From NCBI RefSeq assembly GCF_006345805.1, contig NC_043021.1, forward strand, positions 27,032,001 through 27,096,000: a stretch of DNA of 64,000 nucleotides, written 5' to 3'. The notes under the pieces are model-generated. The model worked only from the letters and a program-made list of their open reading frames with translations. It searched no databases and was not told where the DNA came from. The stretch's first letter is position 1. Each line of letters starts with the position of its first letter. Both the position numbers and the translations under genes were made by a program. This DNA is from Octopus sinensis (taxonomy: Eukaryota). Positions 41,599 through 55,852 of this stretch are shown piece by piece.

Positions 41599-41980
41599 AA
41601 TGACTATTGAAAAGGTAGCAAGACGCAACGAAAACTTTTGAAAAAATAAGTAAATAAGTGGAAATCGAACCGATGATTGTGTTAAGTAATAAGATACTAA
41701 GGAGAAGGACTCTCCCCAGACGCAATAATATATATATATACAGAGAGAGAGAGAGAGAGAGTTAGAGGAGCTTTTGTCAGGATAACTCAGACTAATAGGT
41801 GTGTGTTCTGAATTCTCAAATATTTGTACCACCAAAAGTCCAGTTAGAATAGCGATTGAAGTTGTGGTTGTGTGATTGTCTTGCTCAAACTCGGCTGAAG
41901 GTAGCATCCTTTTGAGTCAGTAGGTATAGTTTTAAGTAGTGAGGAAAGGCAAATAATTAGGCAATGCAGGACAAAGATAT
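41599..41980. repeat. Right arm of the long inverted repeat, ending in (AT)n
   Basis: Reverse complement of 40645-41019. Confidence 0.95.
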
Positions 41981-42000
41981 ATATATATATATATATATAA

Positions 42001-42471
42001 AATTAAAATCAAAATGAGGGTGAAAATTTGGATATTAATTTAATAACATCCATTTAGTAAATAGTATTTTATACATAAATATACGAGGGAACCACTATGT
42101 GGAAGCCCTTACGTTATTTTGAAGGATTTTTGAAGATAACCGCAGATATAATAGGTGGGACTACATGCATTTTCGACCTCGTGTTGATATCTGGCATGGA
42201 GTTCGACAAATTACATCTTAATATGAGGATCTCACTGATGATCTGCAGATGTATTGTCTAAGTAAAATTGCATAATAATTTATTAACAGTGAAACAATTG
42301 TTTGGGATTAATCTATAGTTTTGTTATTTTTCATTTGTCTTGCTCGCTTACGTTTCTGGTGTGCTAAATTTTCTGGAGAACAATTCTTAGTGGTTGAGAC
42401 CTATGCAGATCTCTTTTAAGCGTAAGGGCTTCCACATAGTGGTTCCCTCTTATATTTATGTATAAAATACT
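42001..42471 (+). mobile_element. Penelope-like terminal element with ~50-bp inverted repeat, in (TA)n
   Basis: 42063-42113 pairs with 42421-42471; hammerhead in the spacer. Confidence 0.7.
42229..42308 (+). ncRNA. Type I hammerhead ribozyme candidate
   Basis: ATCTCA-CTGATGA-TCTG...CAGT-GAAA-CAATTG-TT-TGGGAT: 6-bp stem I, intact cores, palindromic stem III. Confidence 0.7.
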
Positions 42472-42472
42472 A

Positions 42473-42539
<67 letters not shown>

Positions 42540-42820
42540 GGTGGGGGCGCATGGCTTAGTGGTTGGATTGTTGGACTCGTGATCGATTCATGACCCGGGT
42601 GATGCATGGTTGTCTTGAGCAAAACACTTCATATCACGTGGCTCCAGTCCACTCAGCTGGCAAAAATAAGTTGTTCCTGCGACGAAGCTGCATCCCATCC
42701 AGGTGAGGAATATAGACGTCACTGAAACCGGGAAACCGGCCCTTATGAGCCTGACATGGCGCCAGAAGGAAACATTTACCTTTTATTATGTATGTATATA
42801 TATATATATTCTTTTTTCGT

Positions 42821-43203
42821 TCTTTTACTTGTTTCAGCCATTTGGCTGCAGCCATGCTGGAGCACCGCTTTTAGTTGAGCAAATCGACCCCAGGACTTAT
42901 TCTTTGTAAGCCTAGCACTTATTGTATCGCTCTCTTTTGCCGAACCGCTAGGTTACGGGGACGTAAACATACCCGCATAGGTTGTCAAGCGATTTGGGTG
43001 AGACAAATCACACACTTATATATATATATATATATATATACGACAGGGTTCTTTCAGTTTCCGTCTACCAAATCCACTTATAAGACTTTGGTCGGCCCGA
43101 GGCTATAGTAGAAGACACTTGCCCAAGGTGCCATGTAGTGGGACTGAACCAGGGACCATGTGGTTGACAAATAAGCTACTTACCACCAGCCAATCCTGCG
43201 CCT
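42821..43203 (-). mobile_element. Full-length SINE family A
   Basis: Matches 8463-8864. Confidence 0.88.
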
Positions 43204-43250
<47 letters not shown>

Positions 43251-43344
43251 CATATACATACATATATATATATATATATAATATATATATACATATACAT
43301 ATATATATATATATATAATATATATATATATATATAATATATAC

Positions 43345-43396
<52 letters not shown>

Positions 43397-43873
43397 ATAT
43401 ATAATATACATACATACATATATACATATATATATACACACACCCACACATATCTATATCTATATCTATATATATATTTCAGGACTCCTATATACATATA
43501 TGTATGCATATAAAACAAAATGAACATACACGTATAAAAATACATGTATATGTGTGTATTTGCATATATATATGTATGACTATGTGTGGAAGTGTGCGTG
43601 CATGTGTGGGCGTGTATACATGTATTCATGATGTTCATACCAACCTACTGTTTTTCCTGCATACTTAATGGTAAGCCGAACTGCCGGAAGCGAAGCTAGA
43701 TGTGTCACGGTTTGATCTCATTACTTCCCGATCGTCTTACATATACGACCAATCGATCAATGAACAGTGAGAAGACAATATCCTAGATTCTAATTTTCTA
43801 TACACACTCGCTACAAACGCACACACATGGAATTATGCATGTATATGCGAGTTTATTTGTCAGTACACATACA

Positions 43874-43917
<44 letters not shown>

Positions 43918-44383
43918 CCTATACGTATATATATGTGCATATTTATACACACACACACACACATACACACACATACACACACATATATATGTATGCATGT
44001 GTGTGTATGGAGTTTTGTACATATGTAGAGAAAATGATATACATGTATGTTTCCATATACAGGTATTTCAGAATACGTACATATGCTTGTAAATACACAC
44101 GTACACGCATACACACATACACGCACGCACACACATACACACGCACACACACAACCACACACACACATGCGCGCATATATGCATGTCTATAAGATGCAGT
44201 CATTTATATTCACACACAGAAAGATTAGCAGGACGGATGCAGCTGCAATTATGCGCTGCTCCTCAAATTAGTCACATGTAGACAACTTGTTTAACTCACC
44301 CGGTACACCCTCACACAAACTCTCACACACACACACTCACGCACACACACACACACACAGATACATATATTTTCGCTCATATT

Positions 44384-44417
<34 letters not shown>

Positions 44418-44649
44418 TTTTGTACTTGTTTCACTCATTTGACTGCGGCCATTTTAGAGTGGTGAAAGAGTACAGCAGGGATCACCACCTCCTGCCGGAG
44501 CCTCGTGGAGCTTTTAGGTGTTTTTTTCGCTCAATAAACACACACAACGCCCGGTCTGGGAATCGAAACCGCGATCCTCCGACCGCAAGTCCGCTGCCTT
44601 AACCACTAGGCCATTGCGCCTCCACATATGAATATATATTATATTTATG

Positions 44650-45270
44650 TCTTTTACTTGATAAGACTGAGGCCATACTGGGGCAGATCCTTAAAGAATT
44701 TTAGTCGAATTAAACGGCCTCAGTACTTATTTTTAAAAGCTTGGTACTTATCGAACCGCTGGATTACGGGTACGTACTTACACCAACATCGGTTGGTATG
44801 CGATGGTGGGGACAAACACAGACACAAAGACACACACACATACACATATACGACGCTCTTCTCTCAGTTTCTGTCTACCAAATCTAATCATGAGGCTTTA
44901 GTCGGCCCGAGGTTATAGTAGAAGACACGTGTTCAAGCAGCCCCGCAGCAGGACTGAACCCGGAAACATGAGGTTGGGAAGCAAGCTTCCTTTACATCTA
45001 TGTATGCTTAGATACACACACACACAGACATTTTTAATCTTTCACTTATTTCACTCATTAGACCGCTGCCATTCTGGGCACCACCTTGAATTTTAGTCGA
45101 ATGACTGGTTCCCATACTTTTTTTTTACTTTTAAAGTCGGGTACTTATGTTATTGGTCTCTTTTATCGAACTGCTAAGTTACGAGGCCGTAAACACACCA
45201 GCACCGGTCAGTTGTCAAGCGGTGAGGGAGACAAACACATACACCCCTACGTATATATATACATTGATTG

Positions 45271-45328
<58 letters not shown>

Positions 45329-45500
45329 TATGTGACGGGCTTCTTTAAGTTTCCATCTGCCAAATCCACACAGAAAGCTTTCGTCTGCCCGAGGCTATAA
45401 AAAAAAAACACTTACCCAAGATGCCATGCAGTGCGCCTGGATCCGAATCTATGCGTTTGAGAAACAAACTCCTTACCGCACAGCAACGTCTGCACCTGTA
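44650..45500 (-). mobile_element. Two successive diverged SINE family A copies
   Basis: Each has the cttttactt..tagtcgaa..tctaccaaatc..gaggctatag motif order. Confidence 0.7.
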
Positions 45501-45661
45501 TATATACACCTGAATGAATATATGCAGCCTAAATAAATCTCATCGCTGATGTCATTGTAATCAAAGACAGGAGAGACACACGTCTATATGTATACATCAA
45601 TATTATATACGGATATACATATATGTATATGTCTATAATTCAGATTCACAAATATATGCTC

Positions 45662-45729
<68 letters not shown>

Positions 45730-45745
45730 CTATCTATCTATCTAT

Positions 45746-48006
45746 CGCCCTACGAGTTTTACAGTTGTATGCCAGACTTGTTTGGAGACGTCTTGGCAGC
45801 GGTATACTGCAACTGGCAGCAAAACGGGAGCATACCCGGTTTTGTGAGTCGAGGAGCCGTAACGCTGCTGAAGAAAGATCCAAACATAGGGGACATTATA
45901 GATAACTTTAGGCCCATCACTCTGCTCAATGCAGACCTGAAAGTTTTGACCAAGGTGTTAGCCAAGAGGTTGGCGCTTGTCATCGAGAAACTGGTCGACA
46001 AGGCGCAAACGTGCGCCGTGCCGGGCCGGAGCATCCATGGCAGCCTCCACCTGATGCGCTACATCATAGACAGAGTAGTTAAGTAACGTGGCATGGGTGG
46101 GGCCCTGATCAATTTGGATCAATCGAAAGCTTTCGATAGGGTAGACCATCAATACTTGGAGGCAGTTCTGAGAGCGGCTGGTTTCGGTCTCGTCTTCCGC
46201 GGCTGGATAGCTGCTTTGTACAAAGGTATCCGTTCGGTAGTTCGCGTAAATGGACATCTGTCGAGACCTTTCGACATTGCACGTTCGGTCCGTCAGGGAT
46301 GCCCCCTCTCGTCGCTTCTATACATATTGACTCTCGAGCCACTACTGCGGAAGCTGGCGACTCTGAGGGGCATCCCGCGAGAATTGGGATGCGGGATGAG
46401 CGTGTCTGCATACGCGGACAACGTCACCATCATAGTGTCAAGCCACGAGCACATCGAGCTGGTCGGCGAGACACTGAAAGACTACGAAGCGGTGACAGGA
46501 GCGAAAATCAACCGGGAAAAGTCAGTGGGCTTGCGGCTCGGCACCTGGAGAAGCAAGCCCATGCCGTCCACCAGCACCTCCGTCGTGGAACGCTGGACGG
46601 ACGGTCGAGTTGCTCGGGTCTGGTTCGGTCCGGACCTCCAAATGGAGAACTGGAACGAGATAACGAGTAGGGTGATCACTCTCGCCCGGCAATGGGCCGA
46701 GAAGAAACTGTCCCTAAAAGGTCGGGCGGAGGTGGCGAACACGTACATCGCGTCCGTCATCTACTACCGTGGTTGATGATGCGCAGACATGCGGCATCTC
46801 CAGCTCTATGTAAACGACGGTGAACAGGTGTGGTCGCCGTTTGTGAGGCACGCTTTCCCGCAGCTCGTCTCCATGACAGAACTGCAGTCGTGGATCAAAA
46901 ATAGGCCGAGGAAGGGTGAATGGCACCGCGAGTGTCGCGTTGCTCTCAGGCAACTATGCTGTCCCGGGTCGACCTTGAGTGACTTCAGCACAACCAAAGC
47001 ATTCTATAGGGGATTAGTGGAGGGAGGTACGACGACGATCTTGGGGCGAACCTGGGCGTCGACGAGGAATAGCTGACCCGCCTGTTTGAGACGACCTTCG
47101 GGCCGGGACCTATGGGCAACTTCAAGAGATCCCTGGCCTGGCAATGCTACCGAGAAGCGCTACCCGTTCGGGATAAGCTCTATAGGCATGGCTCGAGAAA
47201 CACGGGGCCGACCTGCCCGAGATGCGGTCAAAGCGACGAAACCGTTCTGCACGCAATCGTGCAGTGTCCAACAATCTCCGACCTGTGGGCTTATGTCGAA
47301 CGACTGCTGTCACGTGTGGGACATGTCAGTTTATCAGCCGAGTCTATCGTTAATATTGTCACGCCTCTTTTCTTCAAATGGGAAGGAGGAGCTATTTTTA
47401 TCATACTTGTGGCTGTGGCGAAAGAATGTATCTGGTGGACGTGCCTGAAAGGATTAGAGACAAACACTTTCCTCTCTAGTCAATCTCTCACCAACTTCTT
47501 CAAGCATCACTTGAAAAGGAAAGTGAGAGTAGAGAGGCAAGTTTTGTCTAGCGAATGTTTAAAAAAAAGATGGGTCAATGTAGCAAGGATGGCACGTATG
47601 AATGACGAAGCCACCTTGACTATGATCCTATGAACCGTAAAAATTAATACAGAGAGTTGCTTAATTGTAAAAGAAAAAAAATATAACATGTGACTTCATT
47701 GACCGAGGCTACCGTAGTCTTTTCCGTTGGCTTTTCTTTCCACTTGTAAACCTCACCTGTCCTCCCCTTTACGTTTTATATTGACATTTCTGTGATAACG
47801 ATCCCTATTGATCGATTTTTTCTTTTTCCTTTTATTTCTATCCCCCCTGTTTTTGCTTTTATTTGTTTTTTGCTTTCCTCTTTCTTTCCATTTACGATCC
47901 CTTTTGATCGAAAACCAACCCACGTTTTTTTTATCCCCCAAAAGAAAAGCTCTACCTTGTAATTAGTCCCGTCAGTGTGCAGCCCTGTGTGGCTAATAAA
48001 GAAGCA
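45746..48006 (+). mobile_element. 5'-truncated Tx1/L1-like LINE (RT plus zinc knuckle) in (TATC)n
   Basis: NFRPITLLNADLKVL, LDQSKAFDRVDH, VRQGCPLS, AYADNV, CPRCGQSDETVLHAIVQC; a stop, frameshifts and an apparent internal deletion near 46768. Confidence 0.9.
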
Positions 48007-48739
<733 letters not shown>

Positions 48740-48753
48740 ATATCTATCTATCT

Positions 48754-49253
48754 AAGGATTAGAGACAAACACTTTCCTCTCTGATCAATCTCTCATCAAC
48801 TTCTTCAAGTATCACTTGAAAAGGAAAGTGAGAGTAGAGAGGCAAGTTTTGTCTAGCGAATGTTTAAAAAAAAGATGGGTGAATGTAGCAAGGATGGCAC
48901 GCATGAACTCGGAAAAATTTAAAACAGTGAGTTACTTACTTGCGAATAAATGTGTTAACATGTGACATTATTGACCGAGGTTACCGTGGTCTTTTCCGTA
49001 GGCTTTTCTTTCCACGGATAAACCTTATCTGCTTCCCCCTTTACACTCTACATCATGACATTTCTGTGATACACGATCCCAATTGATCGTTTTTTTTTGT
49101 TTTTTTCTCTCTCTTTTTACGATCCCTTTTGATCGAAAACCTACCACCTTTTTATTTTTTATTTTTATTTTCTTTTTTTCTCCCCAAAAAGAAAAGCTCT
49201 ACTTTGTAATTTGTCGCCTCTCTGTTCAGCCCTGTGTGGCTAATAAAGAAACA
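48754..49253 (+). mobile_element. Tx1-like 3' fragment in (TATC)n
   Basis: Same start as 48176; 3' UTR similar to 47630-48006. Confidence 0.85.
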
Positions 49254-49399
49254 TATCTATCTGCACACATATCTATAAAACAAATGACAAATGATAGAGT
49301 CGGAAAATGCAATACATGTGAAACTTTATTGTTCACAACGATCGTCATGGACTTTATCGGCGTATTACTTGGAAAATACCCAACACTTCAATATTAACC

Positions 49400-49445
<46 letters not shown>

Positions 49446-49924
49446 TTGTATATATTATTGATCATTTGTATTATTAATCTGAATCATGGTATTTAAATAT
49501 TAAAGACACAAAGTTAGGGTTGCGTTCAGAGCATCCGTTTATACTGAATACTGACACTCCCGCATTTATCCATGCATATACGGACACGTCCAAACACTTC
49601 CATGGGCATATACATGAACTCATCAATATAGACATACGTATACATGTATATGAAATTGTATGTCCTCGCACGTCAGCATGCAGTCTCAGGATCCACTGTG
49701 AGTTTCAGAGTCAACGTTAGAAAGGTTCCAGGTGAGGTGTTTACATATAGAAAGAACACAAATGGGATAAGGTTCACTAGAACTGTTTCAGGCGCGGTTC
49801 TTTTTCTGGAGGAAGAAACCGATTACATCAGAAAAAAGAACCGTTTTCTGTAGGAGAATCAAAAATTTATAATTTAAATTTGTTTTGGAAAAAATACCAG
49901 AATGTGGAATGTGTGTTGACCCTC

Positions 49925-51512
49925 ACAATTTAATGTGGCATTGCCTGTTGATTATTTTATGAGCCATACGCTCATGAGACATCTGGCTATACTTCAGTAT
50001 GCTTTCAATGAAAGCATACTGAAGTATAGCCAGATGTCTCATGAGCGTATGGCTAGCATACTGAAGTATAGCCAGATGTCTCATGAGCGTATGGCTAGCA
50101 TACTGAAGTATAGCCAGATGTCTCATGAGCGTATGGCTAGCATACTGAAGTATAGCCAGATGTCTCATGAGCGTATGGCTAGCATACTGAAGTATAGCCA
50201 GATGTCTCATGAGCGTATGGCTAGCATACTGAAGTATAGTCAGATGTCTCATGAGCGTATGGCTAGCATACTGAAGTATAGCCAGATGTCTCATGAGCGT
50301 ATGGCTAGCATACTGAAGTATAGCCAGATGTCTCATGAGCGTATGGCTAGCATACTGAAGTATAGCCAGATGTCTCATGAGCGTATGGCTAGCATACTGA
50401 AGTATAGCCAGATGTCTCATGAGCGTATGGCTAGCATACTGAAGTATAGCCAGATGTCTCATGAGCGTATGGCTAGCATACTGAAGTATAGCCAGATGTC
50501 TCATGAGCGTATGGCTAGCATACTGAAGTATAGCCAGATGTCTCATGAGCGTATGGCTAGCATACTGAAGTATAGCCAGATGTCTCATGAGCGTATGGCT
50601 AGCATACTGAAGTATAGTCAGATGTCTCATGAGCGTATGGCTAGCATACTGAAGTATAGCCAGATGTCTCATGAGCGTATGGCTAGCATACTGAAGTATA
50701 GCCAGATGTCTCATGAGCGTATGGCTAGCATACTGAAGTATAGCCAGATGTCTCATGAGCGTATGGCTAGCATACTGAAGTATAGCCAGATGTCTCATGA
50801 GCGTATGGCTAGCATACTGAAGTATAGTCAGATGTCTCATGAGCGTATGGCTAGCATACTGAAGTATAGCCAGATGTCTCATGAGCGTATGGCTAGCATA
50901 CTGAAGTATAGCCAGATGTCTCATGAGCGTATGGCTAGCATACTGAAGTATAGTCAGATGTCTCATGAGCGTATGGCTAGCATACTGAAGTATAGTCAGA
51001 TGTCTCATGAGCGTATGGCTAGCATACTGAAGTATAGCCAGATGTCTCATGAGCGTATGGCTAGCATACTGAAGTATAGCCAGATGTCTCATGAGCGTAT
51101 GGCTAGCATACTGAAGTATAGTCAGATGTCTCATGAGCGTATGGCTAGCATACTGAAGTATAGCCAGATGTCTCATGAGCGTATGGCTAGCATACTGAAG
51201 TATAGCCAGATGTCTCATGAGCGTATGGCTAGCATACTGAAGTATAGTCAGATGTCTCATGAGCGTATGGCTAGCATACTGAAGTATAGTCAGATGTCTC
51301 ATGAGCGTATGGCTAGCATACTGAAGTATAGCCAGATGTCTCATGAGCGTATGGCTAGCATACTGAAGTATAGCCAGATGTCTCATGAGCGTATGGCTAG
51401 CATACTGAAGTATAGTCAGATGTCTCATGAGCGTATGGCTAGCATACTGAAGTATAGTCAGATGTCTCATGAGCTCATAAAATAATCAACAGGCAATGCC
51501 ACATTAAATTGT
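49925..51512. repeat. Inverted duplication enclosing a 42-bp tandem array (34 full units plus 1 partial, 50013-51474)
   Basis: Unit agcatactgaagtatagYcagatgtctcatgagcgtatggct; 49925-50008 is the reverse complement of one unit plus the right flank; hairpin centre atgctttca-a-tgaaagcat. Confidence 0.95.
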
Positions 51513-51789
51513 TTCTTTAAATAGATAACAAGAGATAGAAGTTGAGAGGAAGACAGAGAGAATCGAATAGGGGGTGATATGAGAAACTGGGTTAGGGCAT
51601 ATCAGCATAGTAATAGTGAAGACAAAATTCCTGGCGCCCGCCCCCACCAAAAAAAAAATTTACTACTAAACAACGTAACATCAGAAGAGGAGGAACAACT
51701 TATATACACACATACAATTCACACGCGCACATACCTTCATGCACACACACACACACATATGTGTGCATATATATATATAACTTAGATAT

Positions 51790-52865
51790 ATTTCGACCAA
51801 AGATTGGTCCAGACCCTGCCTGACTCAATAGCACCACCTGACAGGATGACTTAAATTCTTTTAAAGTCAAGTGTAGTGGCATCATGGTCCATTCGAGTAG
51901 GGAGTTCTTGTTGAGTGAGTTGTATCCAGGTGGATCATCTGGTATTCGTTGAAGAAATTTATCCAGATTTCATTTAAAGAAGATCAGATCGTTTTCCTCT
52001 TTGATCTGTTTCGGAAGTGTTAAATAGGGCAGGGCCTGTCGAGGAAATTGTGTTGCAATGTATTTATGTGTTGCGATCCTGAATTGGGTAGGGGACGATT
52101 GGCCAGTGGTCCCAGTCTTGGATGAATTTTGAAGCTAATGCTGAGGTCGTTTGGACAATACTGATGGTATATTCTCCACATCTTGCAAATGAACTCACAG
52201 CGGCGCTGGAGAGAATAGAGTTTCAATGCTTTAAGGTGATCCCAATAATGAAGATCTGTCAAGCCCTTAATTCATTTAATGAATTTCCTCTGGGATGATT
52301 CAATTTTCGAATTTTTTTTTGTATGGGGAGATCCTAGGGAGAAAAGAGGAATGATAATACCTTGTTCTGGACCGGATGGTTCTTAGGATCCAGGAGCTCA
52401 TCCTACGAGCTATATCGACCTTATTATTGATGTGGGTACTCCAGCTGAGATTGTAGTCAACAATTAGTCCTAGGTCTCTGATATTATTAGATGCTGTGAG
52501 TGTATGAAGAGAGTATGGCTGTTTCAGCACAGTCTTCCAAAATGTATCAGCTCAAATTTTCCCTCAATTAGTTGCATTTTGTTTTTGTTTGCCCATTGAC
52601 TCACAGAATGTAGATCAGACGGGAGTTTGGTTCGGTCTTCTTTTCCATTGATAATCTTCTGGAGATTGGAGTCAGCGAATATTTTTCACTTTGCTGTGTT
52701 TTATGACGCTGGAAAGGTCGTGACTATAAATAGAAGCGGGCGCAAGACAGTCTCCTGAGGGACCCACTGGTGACTTTCGCTGAGCTTGAGTGGATTCCAC
52801 TGATCACAACATGTGTTACGTCCCTAGGAAATACTCAATCCAGTACAGAAGTTTTCCACGGGAAA
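51790..52865 (-). mobile_element. CR1-like LINE RT 3' fragment, degenerate
   Basis: PQETVL.PLL, IFADS, IRDLGLIVD.NLSWSTHI, YWDHLKALKLYSLQRR. Confidence 0.8.
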
Positions 52866-53061
52866 CCAACAGAATAACTACTAGGCTGACAAAGAATAAG
52901 TCCTCGGGTTGATTTGCTCGACTAAAGGCGGTGCTCCATCATGGCTGCAGTCAAATGACTGAAACGAGTAACAGAGTTAAAAGAATATATATATGATTTC
53001 GGGGTGTGTATGTATGTATGTACATATACCCCGAAATATAGATACATAAATTTGTGCGTGC

Positions 53062-53132
<71 letters not shown>

Positions 53133-53646
53133 CACATAAGTGTGTGTGTACTAGTATGTACGCATCTTTACATTCCCATATACACATATGTGTCTGTGTA
53201 TGCGCATTTGGAGTGTTGTACTCGTATACCTCTACTTTGTCAAATAGTAACAACCTAAAAGTAATAATAACAACAACAACAACAATACTAACAAGAACAA
53301 CAATAATGATAATGATAAAAGAAAACCGAACACAAAGAATAAAGGTAGAGCAGTTTTCGCAACTTCCACTTTCTCACACCTTTTTTTTGTATTATTTCTG
53401 TTTCCTTATTTTATTCTATTCTTTCATTGGTATCTTCACATCACTTCTGTGATGTGGAAACAGCTTCAGTTTTGTGCATTGTTACCTGTTGAGAGTGTGT
53501 GGGGGGGGGAAGAAGTGTTGGAAAATGCGAGCGGGAAAGATGAAACACTCGCATACGCTCATGCACAAATGCAATTCCAGGTATATACGTATATAATGAT
53601 ATATATACTCATATATATATATATATAATAGAAATATTAAAATTAC

Positions 53647-53714
<68 letters not shown>

Positions 53715-54241
53715 TATGTATATGTATATGCATGTTTATATATTATGTCTATGTATATATATATATATATGTATGCACACGCGCACACACATACGTATAT
53801 ATTCATACATAGATATACCTATATAGATATGTATGTATCTATCTATATATATATTTATTTTTTCTCTCTCTCTCGCTCCCTCACACTCTCTCTACATATA
53901 TATATATATATGATACGTATGTTTATATATATATATATATATGCATGGATGTGCATAGCATACGTGTACACACACACACACACACACGCACAAATATATA
54001 CACACATATACACTCTTACAAAGAACAATGATACTGATGCAATAAAATATACAAAATATAAAGATAAAAACAAAATTTTACTAAAACTACTTAACTTACT
54101 TAAATTACGTCACAATATACCTTTTCTCTTCTATTTGTGATCCATACTGTACTTGTTATATATATATATATGCATACATACATATGTGTGCGTGAATGTG
54201 TATGTGTATATATATATATGTATATATGGATGTATATATGG

Positions 54242-54300
<59 letters not shown>

Positions 54301-54574
54301 GATTGTGCTCATGTAAATATATGCACACACACACGCACACACGCACATTGACATTGCGTCAGCTATGCGAGAAGGAAAAAGTGGCGTCGAGCACGGCGAT
54401 GATGATGATGATCACTTGGAGAATGGAGATGATACTGATGTTGAACTTTGTCTGAGAGAAACACGAAACGAGCAAATGATACTTTTGAGTGATGACTTGT
54501 GTACGAGTACTCACGCACTTATCGTACTGGATCGTGCACGCACTTAGCCACGGAAACATTACAGTATATTAATT

Positions 54575-55275
54575 ATTTGTAGGATCTATTTGAATCAAGG
54601 TATTTTAATATTAAGGATACTAAATAAGGGTCGAGAACCGCACATCCGTGTATATACAGTACACTGACACTCCTGCATATATTCATGTCCAATGCTAACA
54701 TATATATGTTTATGAACAAATCAATATATACATACATATAGATATACATGTACATGAAATTATATACCCATGCACACCGGCATCCAGTTTAACGATCCAC
54801 TGTGAGATCTATATCCAACACAGAGAAGGTTCTAGATGAGATGTTTACGTAGAGAATGAACACAAATAGGGTAAGATTCATTACAGCTATTTCAGATGCG
54901 TTTTTTATTGGTGAATAATTCAATAACATCATGAAAAAATTATAATAAAACGTGAATTAAAAATTTTAAATTTAAAATTTGTTTCAGAAAAAAATACCAA
55001 GATGTGGAATGTATGATGAACCTTTCAACATAAAAGAGAGTGAATGCATATCGAAGTATAGCCAGATGTCATATGCATATGGATCATAAAATACTACACT
55101 AAATTATTTCTTTAAATAGATAGCAAAAGATAAGCTTAAGAGGAAGACAAAGAGAATGGAAAAAGAGGATGTGACAGACTAGGTTAGGGTATTTCAACGC
55201 CCTGTAGTGGAGACAAAATTTCTATCGCCGAAAAGAAAATGTTACTACTAAGCTACGGACCACCAGACAGAAACA
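54575..55275. repeat. Diverged direct paralog of 49470-51700 with a single unit in place of the array
   Basis: Collinear blocks (actgacactcc, gatccactgtgag, gaacacaaat, atgtggaatgt, gaagtatagccagatgtc, tttctttaaatagata, ggttaggg). Confidence 0.8.
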
Positions 55276-55771
55276 TTTATAATAAATACTTAACCCGAAG
55301 AGGCTTTGGAATCTAAGATTCCGGAATATCGATGTCATATTTGTATATGATTTGTAATTATTTAATTATTATATCCATGCCCAGTGTGATTTGAACTCTG
55401 AATGCAGAGGAGACCGACAGAGAAATTAACTGTTGTAAAACATCTAATCTATCAATTTATTAGTTTTACACGAACGAGTTCAAATGTACTCTAATGTTAA
55501 GACCTATATCTAATTCCTGAAAATAATCCCGGAAAAACCAAACCAAATATATGAATTATTGATACGGCTGCAGGAGTTAACGATAAAAAAATATGGGAAG
55601 ACATCCATGGAAAGCTAATTACGACTAACTGAGATGAGAACGAACCGATGAGAGATCAACAATGATGAGGTCAAACAAGTTGCTAAAAACAGAAGTTAAA
55701 TCTGAATTTGGACTAATTCGGAGCTAAAATGCAAACAACATTATCTGAATAAAACAATAACTAAAGGCGAC

Positions 55772-55852
<81 letters not shown>

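Noticed and set aside
40718-41907. Twin ORFs MLPSAEFEQDNH... on opposite strands
   Set aside because: A consequence of the inverted arms; no recognisable domain, and they run through a microsatellite.
50013-51474. Possible CRISPR array, or 515/516-aa repeat protein genes
   Set aside because: Units are contiguous with no unique spacers, no cas genes are present and the context is eukaryotic. The ORFs follow from a stop-free 42-bp unit, and the paralog has only one unit.
55296-55340. Hammerhead-like motif ccgaagagg...ccggaatatcgatgtc
   Set aside because: Both cores are mutated and there is no convincing stem I.
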